From: Elsinoe ampelina
Lineage: Eukaryota
Length of the DNA stretch: 64,000 bases
Direction of reading: 5' to 3'
Assembly: GCA_010093995.1 (NCBI GenBank)
Contig: ML992510.1
Span: 323,504 to 387,503, forward strand
Below, piece by piece: positions 1-12,975 of this stretch. The stretch's first letter is position 1, and every line of letters starts with the position of its first letter. The notes under the pieces were generated by a model. The model did not search any database. It was not told the origin of the DNA and saw only the letters and a list, made by a program, of their open reading frames with translations. The translations under genes and the position numbers were made by a program.

Positions 1-34
1 GTCTAGTACTATAGCGTAGATACAATTTTAGCTT

Positions 35-547
35 TAGTCCGCCGACGCTATATAATAGCTTAGTCCTATTAGCTCTACTACGAATTATAGTAAATAAGAA
101 CTAAACTAAGTAACGAGGTAGAAACGATAGCCTATAGCTAGTATAGAGTGTCCTTCTCTCTTTGCCTACTATATAGTATAGCATAGCGGATAATCCTCTT
201 AGTCTCTTTACTAACCTTAACTCTTAACCTCTAGCACGTAGAATAGACAGTAATAGTAATAGTAGGCTCGATAGCGACGTATATAAGGAAGAGAAGGGCA
301 TAGACAAGGTTATAATAGGAGGTATACACGAGAAAGAGTAAGTAATTACAGCAAGTATAACTAGTAGCACGTCTATAGGGTAGAGTACTAGGAGGTTATC
401 CTTATCTAGTAGAGCTATATCTAATTATACTACGTTCGAGATAGTAACTAGTATACTAGCTAGTAGCGAGGAGTTAGTAATAGACATAGTTTATCCTTAG
501 TTTATATTAACTAATCTTGTCTAGATCTCCCTAAGTCTATAATATAT
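35..547 (+). repeat. Direct repeat copy 1 (ungapped match to 7387-7899)
   Basis: Offset is 7352 with no gaps. Positions 149-547 differ almost only by transitions; 35-148 is more diverged and includes transversions. Confidence 0.95.
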
Positions 548-920
548 CCTTCGCCCCGAGCGATTAATAAGATATAGCTTAGCTAGAGACTCTCGGCTCG
601 GCGCTCTAACGTTTAATAAAAGGCAAGCTACTAACTTAGATAGATAATTTTAATTCGAGTTAGGTCGTTATAGTAGAAGCGCCTTCTAGTAGGATACACT
701 TACTATAGACTACTAGCCTCTATACAATGTTCTAATAAATCTACTTCTACTTACGTAAGGGTACTAAAGATATGTCTAAGTTATACACGCGAAGGCTATA
801 GTAGTCTAATTAATAGCAAAATAGTGTTTGCTAGTAGGAAGCTTACTCGGCTTAAATTTAGTAGTGTAAATTGTCGCTTTACTCTATCTCTAGCATGTTA
901 TATATAGCAGTAGTAGAGGG

Positions 921-1120
921 CAGCTAGTAGGGGACGGCTAGTAGTTTATTATATCGAACTAATAATTTCTTAGTTCTCTCTCTCGAAGTTTAAAAATAAC
1001 TTAAAATTTTAACCTAACTATAGCTAGTAGGGAATAGCTAGTAGTTTATTACGTCGAACTAACAATTTCTTAGTTCTCTCTCTTAAAGTTTAAGGATAAC
1101 CTAAAATTTTAACCTAACTA
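921..1120. repeat. 100-bp tandem duplication (2 copies)
   Basis: 921-1020 and 1021-1120 both read (c/t)agctagtaggg...aaaattttaacctaacta and differ by transitions. Confidence 0.95.
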
Positions 1121-2945
1121 GATTAAGCACTCCTCGGAACTTAATTACATAATGCTATCTAATTATATTCTTCTCTAAAGTTAGGTATTATATATTTAGA
1201 GACTTATAATCTTTATAGTATTATAAACGCGTTATAAACCCTGTTTATAGCGATATAACTACATCGTAGATACGATTTACTATAATGCCTTAGTTCGCGC
1301 CCTCTACTTATACTAACCTAAATATAGGCGTTAGTGTCTCTAGTATAACCTTTTCTCTCCTCTCTATCTAACCTCGATAATAGCTAGCTATCTATTATAG
1401 CGGATCCCCTACCTAGTATACTATAATTATCTATTGCTATATATATAATAGCAACTCTAATATTTACTCCTATATCGCTGTCGCTACTACTTCTAATAGT
1501 ATTCTTTACACCGGCTATATCGTGTTTATAGGATTAACTACTACTAGTACCTAGTAGTTACGCCGGAGTAAATCTATTATAGTATACCTCTCTATCTTAC
1601 CTACTACGCCGCTATAGGCTTAAGGGTATATAAGAAGACTCCGATACTTCTTTCTCTCTCCTTACTACCGCTACCCTCTATAGCTTCCTTTCTACTAGCT
1701 ACGTATTATTAGTAGGACTAGCTACTGTCTCTACCTAGTAGCTACAACTAAGCAAATCTATCGCAGAGCATCTCTCGATCTTATAGATAGCACTACTAGG
1801 GGTTCTAGCGTACATAAAGAGAGTAGAGAAGCTAGTATCTACCGGGGATTACCTGCCTTATAGTATAAGAATATCAAGGAGAGAATTATAGAGGAATAAC
1901 TAGTATAACAAAAAGGAAGAGATAGAGGAATATTGCAGGTAAAGATATATCTACTACCTCCTACTAGATAGTAGCTTACTATAAAGAGCGTCGTAGGCGA
2001 AGCTATACTAGTAGCGTCCTCTCTTGCTATTGCCTTCCTAGTAGAGCTAGGTAAGGAATAAAGCGTATTTATAATTATATAGAATATACTATTAACTGCC
2101 TATTCTACGGAATATATAGTCTTTACTCTACTCTACTACTCGATTCTATATGTAGTAATTATAAAGTCTAGATAATTAGATAGTAGTATATTACTTTCTT
2201 TATTCCTTTACTAGCATCTATAAGCTATACTATATGCTATATATACTATGCCCTTTATTCCGCTATAGGCTGCTAACTACCTTCTATTTATGTTCTATTA
2301 CTATTGTCCTTCGTATATAAATACTAGTTTCGCTATTAAAATATTATTTAATTATTTTACGTTAACTACTACTATATTTCTTCTATTTATTAGACTATTA
2401 TCCCTTAAGATCTACCCTAAACATAACGATAGTATTCTTAGTATATACGGCATATAAAATAAAAGGTAACTAAGTATATAGACTATAGTTACTCTTAGTT
2501 TAGTGTCTAAACTAAGTAATTTACTATTATATATATACTATATCTAGTATACTACTACGTGCTTAGTTTAGGGCCCGACCTAAGTTAACTAAATTTAGGT
2601 TACTTCTCTCCTTAATTGCTTTAGTTTACCTTTGTTTATACTCTCTTATATATAAATAAATAACTTATGTAGCTCTCTAGTATTTCTTTAACCTCTTTAA
2701 CTTCTCTTTTAAGCGCTCTTTACTTAAATATCTCCTCTTTAGTTAAGTCTTAGTTAGGCATATATTACGAAGTATATAGACTTACTATATTAACAAATTC
2801 TCTCCTTAATTCTTCTAAACTTATAAATACGTAATACCTTTATAGAATCTCTTCTTTAACATCTACTATACCTACTTAACCTATTTATTAGATATTATTC
2901 TAAGCTTTATTTGTAGTATATACTAAGCTTACGGACGTACGTAAT

Positions 2946-5900
2946 ATGTCTAAGAATTAGCCTAATAGCGCTAGTATAGCTACTAATAACATTCTACTCT
3001 ATAAAAGACCTCCTATAGAAATTTAAGTATAGCTTAATAAAAACCTTAAGATTAAGAGATTCTTCCTTAAATTCTTTAACTAGGACAACAACTAGTACGC
3101 TGCTATACGTATAAGAGCGTAGGAAGAATATAAGAATACCTACATAGTTCTAGAACTTAAATATAAGGAACCTTAGGACAGCAACATTAATATAACTACG
3201 ATTATAGACAACATCAAAACTTCCCTACGATACTCTTAGAATAACTATACAAAGATCTTCTTTTAAAGACTACACTATTAAGACTAAGACTAGTTTAAGA
3301 GGAACGTTAGAAACTATAATAATATATCTAGTTATAATGTTATTAAAGATTTTGTCCTTACTATTAAGGCGTAAGAGCTTAGGAATAAGAAGAATTAGAC
3401 TAAAGCAGATAAGAAGGCTTATCCTAAGAAGTATATTAGAAAGCGCCTCTCCGCTACCTAGTTTAATAGCGGACTCTCCGAAAGATTAGAGACTTCTATA
3501 CTTAGTAGCAGACTTATAAGTATAGATATTAATCACTACACTAGTTAGCCTATACATTAGTAGTAAATACTAGAAGATATGTCTTATCTAGTCTAGAGTA
3601 TTATCGATAAAACTATTATTGACCTTATAATTGTTAAGTAATTAGACATTAGCCCGGGCGTAATTATAAAGAGAGAATGTTTGTGTTATTTATAGGCGTT
3701 TAGTCTAAGAATTTTAAGGTTATATCTAGGGGATTATAATCTAAACGTATATAGCCTTAACAATATTAGGCTATTCCTAAAGGAGAAGAAGTTAGTTAGT
3801 AATAATATTATCCTTATATAGATAGATTATATAGAGCTATATAACATCCTACCTATCTTAGACAACTACGACCTACGTGCTACTATAATTAACTATGTTA
3901 ACTCCTTAGTCGAAGGTAGTAATATAATTTTTGTCTATCTTATGCCTAGTATAGATCTAGTTAAGAAGCTCCCCGAAGAAGTACTTTATAAGTTTAATAC
4001 TTAGTTTAACTTAGGTATATACTAACATACTTAGTTAACTCTCTTTAGTATTATAATAGTTAGAAGCTATCGACTCTAGTCTAGAAGGAAGAGGAAGAGG
4101 AACCTCTAGCCCTTCTATCTCTAGCTAAGCGCCTACTACTACGTAAATCTATCTCTAAGAAGTAACCTAGCCCTCTACTACCTAACGAGAATAATACTAC
4201 TATTGACTATTATTCTACTCGGGTAATAGAAGACAAATACTATAAGCAATGCCGAGACAGCAATTAGTATCCCTTTATAATTATACCTAGTAAGGAGTAA
4301 GTAAGGTACTATATTCCGTTAGTCCCTAAGATACTATCTATACCTATCTTAGCGCTTATAACTTATATATTTAATAAGACTCTTAGTAGCTCGGACTTTG
4401 TTAAACTTTATACTATAAACAACAACGATAATAAGTAAACTAGTAATAATCTAGCTAACTAAAGCTTTATCCCTATAGGCACTAGAATCAATTACTAGTC
4501 TAAAGAGTTCTAGGAGAGAGTCTATAACTTTATAGGCTTTAAGAAAGATATTTACTTACCGAACGCTAGTATATAGTGTTTTAGTTAGAATAAGAAGTAT
4601 CTAGTCGAGGTAGTATAGATATACTTAGCGCTTATTACACTTAAGAAATACCTCGAAGGCTACCTAGTATTTACGTTTATATATAAGATAGGATTTAGAA
4701 AAACTCTAATAGGACTCTTCTTTCTCTTACTAATTTAGAACTTAAATAAAAAAGTTATCTAGGATACTAACTATGCTACTATACCTAAGGACAAGTAGAG
4801 TAAGTACTAGAAGGTAAAGACACTAGTTAATAAGCTATAGCTAGATATCGCTTCTATAGATACTATTAGCTATAATCTAATTATTAGCGGATTAAACGTA
4901 ATAAAATAGTAGGCATAGGAGACACGGAAGTTTATACCTAATATAAAGGTCGTTCTATACTAGAGGAGAATATTCTAAGCTATATAAGAACATAAGTATA
5001 GCGACGTATATAACATAGACACTTTAATTCGCAAAGAGGATCTACCTATAGGCTACTACTAATAGGAGTCTTAGCTAATAGATAAGTCTAGTAAGCCTAT
5101 TAACACTATTATAGTCTTATAACTAGTCGATATGTATAAGCGACACCCCTAGACCTTATAGATAAATAATTAGTTCTTCTTTACTACTTGTAACACTATA
5201 ATCTACTACTTCCTTAGTAAGAACAACGTAAATACTAAGGATTAGAACTTTGTTCCTAAGGGACAAGAGAGAAAGCTAGGGTCTACGCCTATAAACTAGA
5301 CCGCTGTTATCTTTAATAAGTTCTATTAGGTCACTAGCTAGAAGACGCAGACCTAGTGTTGTCTAGGAATGCTACTAGGGAGGCCTTTTATACTAGGTAT
5401 AAGTAGGATACTATTTATTAAGTGCTTAAACGTAGTAGCGTTCTTAATAGTAGCTATATATAAGGACTTTAGATTAGAAAAGCTTAATATAAATAGAAGT
5501 AGAATAGGAGAATTTAATAAGAACTACATCTATAAATCTAAGTAGGAGCTAACTAAGGCTAAGAATAACAAACGTTAAGTAACACTAAAGATAACACTAG
5601 ACAAGACTTAATAAGCTATCGCTAACAAGCTTAACTTCTAAATAGTATCGGACTATGCCTTCGTAATTAACAAATAGTATAAGGCAAATAACGACCCTAG
5701 TAAGTTTAATAAAAAGAGAAGTATATAGTTTATAGAAGAGATTATAGTAACAGTTAGCAAATAGGGTACTATCCTTACGAACATTCTTATTAAGATAAAC
5801 GTAAACTACATCTAGAAACCTTTTAATACTACTCCTAGTCTGCTAGCTATTAGAGTCCTACTATATTTTACCTTCGACCTAAAGATTACTATCGAGGATA

Positions 5901-6930
5901 AGTATCTTTATAGTCTTATAAATATATAGAAGAAGATTAAACGGAATAAAAATAAGAGTATATAAGAGGTAATTAATAGGTAAAAGGACAAATCTAACAA
6001 GCCCGAAGTAATATTAGAGATAATCCTTAATAAGAAGACTAAGAAGCAAATACTAAGCCTAGTTACGCCGCTACTACTTTTCTCTATGTTCCTTACTCTT
6101 ATAGATATATTCTAGGACAATCCCGCGGTCGTAGAAGAGTTTAGCAACTTTACTATTAAGTTTACCTACAAAATTATATATAACTCCTTAGAGATAGCAC
6201 TATAGTAGTATATAGACAAGATCTACGCTAGTCCTTAGATAAAGGTCCTTCGTAGTGTTATTTCTAAGATTATTAAGTAGAATATCTCCTATTCGAAGGA
6301 GCTAAAGAGGCAAGTAATTGTCTATACGTTTATACTATTAGTGCTAGTAGTTGCTACGACAGTTAGTTTAGTCTATTTAGTCTATTTAGGTTATTACTAA
6401 TAAGGGTATAGTATCTAAAATAGCTCGAGAAGCACCTAGATAGTAAAGCAATTAAGATCGATAAGGATGCTAATATAGTTATTATCTACTATAGAATAAC
6501 ATCTATACCTGCCTATATAGACATTATTAATATAGCTATGTCTAACAATACGTTTATTAAACCTAATAGGCCGGAAGGCTTAAGGATCTTAATTGCTTAG
6601 AGTAGAGCTATTAAGACTAGTCTTAATCTAAACTACTTCGACACTATAATCTTGCTCGATATAGCGTTAGTATTATAATCTGTCCTTTAGTGTCTAGCTT
6701 AGGTCCGTAGGAACATTAAGTCTTAGAAAGCTAACTATATAGAGGCGTTTATAATAAAGCTAATAGCTCTGTTCTATAGGCCTCTAGAATAGCTTAATAG
6801 TAGACAGAGTAGGCCGTCAATAATATAGAAGGTTATCTACGAGGAAATAGAGAAGTAGAGAGTAGAGATCTAGAAACTTTAATAAGCTATAGCGAAGAAG
6901 AACATAATTATTGTAGATAATAATTAAGAT
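2946..6930 (+). pseudogene. RIP-inactivated SNF2-family / SF2 helicase-like gene (boundaries approximate)
   Basis: De-RIP motifs occur in order. Motif I HEMGFGKT (4682-4705) and motif II FVIDE(W/Q)H (5660-5680) share a frame, followed by motif IV-like KRQVIVYT (~6305). Motif V TGLNL (6616-6630) and motif VI QCLARVRR (6688-6711) share another frame. A 50-nt intron at 6362-6411 (gttagt..tactaat..tag) accounts exactly for the frame change. The 5' boundary is a guess (ATG at 2946). Confidence 0.75.
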
Positions 6931-7132
6931 TACTAGATAATAGTCTAACTGTATTACCTAAAAATATAATTCTTTAGTTTAGTAGACTAATTTAGTTTCC
7001 CGTATATGTTAAACTATCTTTTAGGTTACCTAATATAATATAGTATCTAAACGTTTCTTACTTTCTACTATCGCTAAAATTTAGCTAGCTAACTCTAACT
7101 ACAAATTTAGATCTTAAGCGATAAACACGGAC

Positions 7133-10100
7133 ATACTAAGGCAAATTAGTAAATACTTAGCCTACGGGAAGATTATATAATCTAGTAGAGGCCTTATCTA
7201 ACATCTACTATATTACTAGAGGAGAGAGCTACTAATAAGTAACATAGCGTAAGTCTTACTAGAGTAACATAGCGATAGATATCTACGTAGAGACGACGCT
7301 AGTAATAATCCTTGCTTATTTAATAAGGGAGAGCGCTTACTGTCTAATAAAGGCTAACGAGGTAGTATTACTAGTAATATATAATATAGTTCGCTAATGC
7401 TAAATAACTTGCTAGTCTACTTTACTCCGCTACGAATAATAGTAACTAAGAATTGAACTAAACACTAGAGTAGAAACGAAAGTCTATAGCTAGCGAAGGG
7501 TGTCCTTCTCCCTTTGCCTACTATATAGTATAGTATAGTAGACAATCCTCTTAGTCTCTTTACTGACCTTAACCCTTAACCTCTAGCACGTAGAATAGAC
7601 AGTAATAGTAATAGTAGGCTCGATAGCGACGTATACAAGGAAGAGAAGAGTATAGACAAGGTTATAATAGGAGGCACATACGAGAAAGAGTAAGTAATTA
7701 TAGCAAGTATAACTAGTAGTACGTCTATAGGGCGGAGTGCTAGAAGGTTATCCTTATCTAGTAGAGCTATATCCGATTATACTACGTTCGAGATAGCTAC
7801 TAGTATACCGGCTAGTAGCGAAGAGTTAGTTATAGATATAGTTTATCCTTAGTTTACGTCGACTAATCTTGTCTAGATCTCCCTAAGTCTATAACATATA
7901 CACCAACACCAACAATAAACTAAATTACAATTAGTTAGGCAAGACTTAACTAAAGGAAGCCTTTATTAGCGGCATAGACGTAGGTCTTACCTAGTAGCTT
8001 ATAAAGGAGAAACTTAGTAGAGCTACAATTACGTAATTGCTTAAAGACTTACGTATATAACCTCTAGTAGAGAGCCTTAGTTAGCGAACTACGAATAAAC
8101 TAATAGAGAAGATAGAGAATTTAGATATAGGTAGGGGTATTAATAGCTAGTAGACCTCGAGCTTTATACTAAACACTAATCGTAGGCCTAAAAGACATAC
8201 GTTCTAGCATCTAGATATTCTTATAGTAATATGCTTCTTACTTAGCTATTGTAGTTTTGTAGTAGATATAGACTATAGCTTATATAGAGTCTTTATAGAA
8301 GCTATTAAGAGTAAGCCGCTACGACAAGTGTATACTAAAATAGTAAGTAGCGACTAGTAGTAGAACATACAAAAGCGACTTAGAATACTAGGGGCTACTA
8401 TTATTCTATTAATCGTCGCGAGTGATTAGACCTAGGTAATAAACTATTAAGGAGATCTTATAGCATATACTATCTATCTATTATTAGGCAACCTAAAGGT
8501 AGAAGCATATAATAGCAACTACCGGCCGGGGTAGTTACTAATCGGCTTACTTTCTATTATTAAAGATAGTAGTAATATTGTTAAGGAGAAGACCTACTAC
8601 GCTTATATAAAGAAAATCTTTAACACTATTATTAATTACTACTCGAGAGAGGGTAAAATAATCTCTTATACGGATAGAAAGAGGCGAAGGTACTTCCCTA
8701 TACTTACTACTATACCTACGAATTACGCCGAATAGGTTACTATAACTAGTGTAAAGTTACTATATTATTATATAAGTTACCTAATCGGCAAGGACGAAAG
8801 AGAGGACCTAGTAGTTACTACGCTATTCCAAACTTACTACTCTATATAGCAATAATAGCGCTTATAGAGAGAAGTACGTAAGAGTTAGTAGCGGAGCAAG
8901 AAGATAGATATAAGCTCTTAGGTTTATACAGTTAGTTGCTTTGCGTAGGATCTTCCGTATACTAATATTTACTACGTAATAGTACTAGATATTCTATACT
9001 AACTTCTTAAAGGCGTTTTAATACACGTCTTATACTAGACTCGAAAATTGCTCTAGGATTTAATGCCTATATAGAGATTACTACGGTATATAAAGGCTAG
9101 AGAGACTATATAGCGAATAGGCTACTAGCGCTTAGTAAAGGAGATTATACTTAATATTATTAATAAGCGTTTTAATAGTATACTAGTATTTCCTAGCATC
9201 TAACACTTCTTGCACTACTCGGCCGTTAAGTAATAGACAAGTTAAGAGTAGAAGAGTATTATACGCTAGATACTTCTAGTATTTATACTACTACTCGAGG
9301 AGGTTAAGGCGCCTTAAGCTATTAAGTTTATACGCGCACTAGTCGACTTTATATTACTAGTAAACTATAAGACCTATAACAACGATATACTCTAGTATAT
9401 TAACCTTACGCTCTTTAGGATAAACAAGTATAAAGAAACCTTCCGGGCCTATTATAGTAACAGGAAAGAAGAGAGTAACTTTAACTTTCTAAAATAGCAC
9501 TTAATAATACATTTTTCGAAGGCTATTTATAATTTTAAAGTAGTTACTAGCCTCAATTCTAATTATTTAAAGTATAATTATATATGCTTTATTAAGGACG
9601 CCTTTAAACTCACAAATAAGAAGGCTAGATAGGAAGACTAGGTTACTACTTATAACACTAAACTAGCAAACATGTTAGTAGTATTCGATAACCCCTCGAA
9701 GTTAGTTAGGCTATCGGCTACTAAACTAATTAAGATCTAGAGTACGCTAGTCGGCGTAAGCAATATAGTAAACGTTACTTCTTAGTTTAGCTAGCCTAGT
9801 ACTAAGAGGGGGGCTATATAGCGTATAGTAAGAGAACTAAAGACGCTTATTAACATGCTACCTAGGCTATTACTATAGTAAGTAATAGCGGTGTTTGTCC
9901 GCGAGGCTTGTTAAGGTATAGCCGATATAGGCTCTAACTCGAGAACTAAATACTCTAATTAGTTTAACGCCGAACTAGATCCTAATAGACTTAAACTAGA
10001 TTCTTCCTAGGTAAGCAACCTCTACGTTAAGTTCTACTATTCTTTAAAGTGTAGGAAACTATCCGACTATAATCCTAATAATCCTAATACGGACGAATAA

Positions 10101-10670
10101 GACTTTATCTAGTGCATAACTAAATAGTAAAGGATATATAGTAATAAGAGGCGAGACTAGCTCTAGATATAAGAATAAATAACGAATAACGAAGGCACTA
10201 ACGGAGCATTACCTAATAGCCTATAAGGTAAGTTACTAGCTTATATTATGTTTATAATAACTATAGAGGATAGCTTCTAGTCTAGCAGATTAGGCCGGCA
10301 TTAACGCCTATACTACATAGGAGCGCTAGTAGATCTATATTAGCCTACTTAGCTAGATAAAGTAGCTAATTAAGAGCATAGTATAACACTAATTAAGCCT
10401 TAGACAAATCGACGCGCGCGAGCTAGATAGAACACCCTTACTAGTAGGCGTATCTACTCTACCTTATAAATCTACTATAGTATCTATGTCGTGCTAGTAG
10501 ATAAAATAAGACTATATAGCCGGATATACATTAACAATATAGTTGACTTTAATATATATAACATGCTATAGAATAAGTTATAGGAGTCTAAATAGCTCTA
10601 CCTAGCTAAGGCTTTAAAACGAGAGAGGTTAAGATCCCTAGGCGTAGTTAGTAAGTATAGTAGGCATTAA
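7133..10670 (+). pseudogene. RIP-inactivated Plavaka-type (CMC/EnSpm-related) transposase with N-terminal Zn finger
   Basis: De-RIP reading gives N-terminal CSACGK..SSGGLIQHLLHC (~7154-7216) and PLIVASDQTQ..GD..AYAVYLSLGNL (~8406-8495). Further motifs are DYAEQ..GVK (8721), PDILHQLLKG (~8985), QWTGQEQK (~9230) and FNFPKWH..THF (~9480). The three core motifs at 8421, 8721 and 8988 are in one frame. Confidence 0.85.
7387..7899 (+). repeat. Direct repeat copy 2, inside the acidic N-terminal part of the Plavaka ORF
   Basis: Ungapped match to 35-547. Confidence 0.95.
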
Positions 10671-10879
10671 CGAAGCTAGAGTACTCCTTTTATAGCTAGA
10701 ACAATTGTCTCTTATATCGACGGCCTAACGCTTAGGTACACTTAGGTTAACTACTAGACTATGTTAGGTAGGCGAGTTATAATAACTTCCGTAGGTATTA
10801 CTCTAACTAGTTAGTTTACACCTATATATTATTAGGTTAGTCCCTAAACTATATAGGGTTTGCGGCCTAAGGTGCCTTA

Positions 10880-11420
10880 TATAGTTTTTATGCTAAAGAG
10901 TTAGTCTATTCCTTTACTAATTATAATAGCTTAGAAAATTATAGCGAGGCGTTATAGAAGTTAGTCTTTAAGATGCTTAAGACATACCCTAAGTATTTAG
11001 CGACAGTAGTAAAAGGCTTAGGTTAGTAAGTTGTCTTTAGGTTAGTTTTACTAACGGAGTTAGTAGTCTAAGAGAAAAGTTTATTCTCTATAATAAGTTT
11101 ACTAATAAGACTCCGATATAGACGATAGTGCTTTACTCTATTCGCTATTATATTATAGAGATCTACTCGATGCTACTAGAGTAGTTACTAAGGACTTATT
11201 CCTTTCTATCTAACAGACAAGATCTATAATAACACTAGCTTAGAAGACCCGCTAGGGAATATTCTTATTAATCTTTATATATATACTATACGCGGGAAAC
11301 GAGTCGAGAAAGAAGCTACCCTTTAGTACGGCGAGTAGCCTCTTCCTTATCCTCTAAAGCCTCCTCCGTATCTATATAAGTTATAAGTATTTTCTCGTAA
11401 GATTATTAGTATATAATATA
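10880..11420 (+). pseudogene. Degenerate BTB/POZ-associated coding remnant, paralog 1 (boundaries approximate)
   Basis: 11200-11285 de-RIPs to PFHLTDKIYDNTGSEDPLGNILVDLYIY, which is paralogous to 12782-12865. Confidence 0.45.
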
Positions 11421-12289
11421 TGTGCGACAAATTCTATCTATAAGATTGTATACTAGATTATCTTACACGCGCTATTACTATAACTACTACTTAGTAGTAG
11501 TAATAGTAGAGCAGCGGGATATAGTAGGAAAAAGTGTTATTATACTTACCTCCGAGAGAGAGATACTCTCTTTCTCCTCTATACCTTTCTCCTTGCCCTC
11601 CGCTATAGTAAGGTATACTATAACCGAAGCTACTACTACTACTCCCTCTATAACTACTATTGCTTGTATATAGCTACAACTATAAGTTATTACCGGAAGC
11701 TTAGTACGCGTTAGAGTAACCTTATCTTTAATATATAGTAATAAAGTGCCGCGATCTTAACCCGGACACTGCCTCTATTACCTCTCTAACGACTGCTATA
11801 ACTAGCGCTAAGAGCCGGCAAGGCAAGAAGCGTACTGCCTCTACCTTTACTAGTGTCTATAGCTATACTAGCATTAAGCTTAGCAAGGTAGAGGAGAAGG
11901 GTAAGAAGCGGAAGGAGCCTCTTATTATTACTAATTACCTCCTTACTAATAACCTTATAGATAGGTAGTTAGAGTAGATCTTAAACTTCCTAGAAAGAGT
12001 ATTTACTTCTCTACTATAACTGCCTTTAAGCTGTCGTTTAGACTGCTATATCCTTAGTACTATCTTTAGAGCTACTTAGACACTATACTAATGTCTATTA
12101 GACCTTACTTTTCTAGGTAGTCTTTCGTAGCTCTAGAATTATTCTTCTAGTAGGTATACTATTCCGTATTAGTAGACAAGGGATTAGCTTAGCCTAAACT
12201 AAATATCTATTATATTTCCTACACTTGTCCGTGTTAGTGTTAATCTTCTTAGAATAGGCTATAGCCTCGCTACTATAGCTACTATTAAC

Positions 12290-12890
12290 GTGGTATATCT
12301 AGCTCCTATCGTTATTCTCTTTCTACGTCACTAACAACTTCTAAGTACTAGAATAGGTCTATAGGTATTTATACTTAATGTTGTAACTATGCTTAGCTAT
12401 AATAATTAAGTTCTTCTTAGGAAAAGCTTCCTTGCATCTATAAGTCTAAGTTATAAATGCCCCTCTATAAGCTTATTTTACATTGTCGACGATATAGGCC
12501 GCTAGATAGTAGAACTTATAGACTATAGAGTAATAGAGGTGCTTTTTGTTAGTGTTAACCTTTGTCGCTAGCTATATAGTTACGCGAAAGTACTTGTCTT
12601 TAGAGACATCTAACACCTTAATAGATAACTAAGTAGAGACAATAAAATAGAGTTAGAATAAGTATATATTAGTTTAGAGTTTTATGTTATAAGCTAGAAA
12701 ACAAGGCGTATAATGTCTGCTTTCCTATTATAGTAAAAGCGCTTCTATATCGAGCTTCGATAATATAGAGTATACACTTCTCCTCTATCTAGCGGATAAG
12801 ATCTATAATAACACCGGCTTAGAGGGCCCTCTCCGGAAGATACTCGTTGATTTCTATATCTATTCTAGTCGCGGTAAGTAGAGCATTTAT
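12290..12890 (+). pseudogene. Degenerate BTB/POZ-domain protein remnant, paralog 2
   Basis: De-RIP reading gives VH(R)|intron-like|KSFLASVSPSY...VELAD...RWLY and later LADKIYDNTGSEGPLRKILVDFYI. This resembles the VHK..L..SP.F / WLY / IY.NT...PLR..LVD pattern of fungal BTB proteins. Recognised by eye only. Confidence 0.55.
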
Positions 12891-12900
12891 CTAATCTAAG

Positions 12901-12975
12901 GCACGTACGGTGCATTTAACTAAAATTAGGTAGGTACGGTGCGTTTAACTAAATTTAGGTAGGTGCGGTGCGTTT
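12901..12975. repeat. 29-bp subterminal tandem repeat (~2.6 copies)
   Basis: Units of gtaggtacggtgcgtttaactaaatttag start at 12901, 12930 and 12959 (partial). Confidence 0.9.

Noticed and set aside
1270..2450. Additional coding-like remnants upstream of the SNF2-like gene
   Set aside because: The region has codon-like texture, but I could not recover any recognisable motif or even fix the strand, so it is left unannotated.
7566..7581. ccttaacccttaacc as an interstitial telomere repeat
   Set aside because: Only two imperfect units, within RIPped coding sequence.
35..7899. The two ~0.5-kb direct repeats as LTRs of a 7.9-kb retrotransposon
   Set aside because: There are no clean TG..CA ends, TSD, PBS or gag/pol between them, and copy 2 lies inside the Plavaka reading frame.
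11422..11673. 83-aa ORF, and similar short ORFs at 34741, 39479, 40274 and 47938
   Set aside because: These are Y/I/L/S-rich chance frames in RIPped repeats or degraded pieces of TE genes, not functional CDS.
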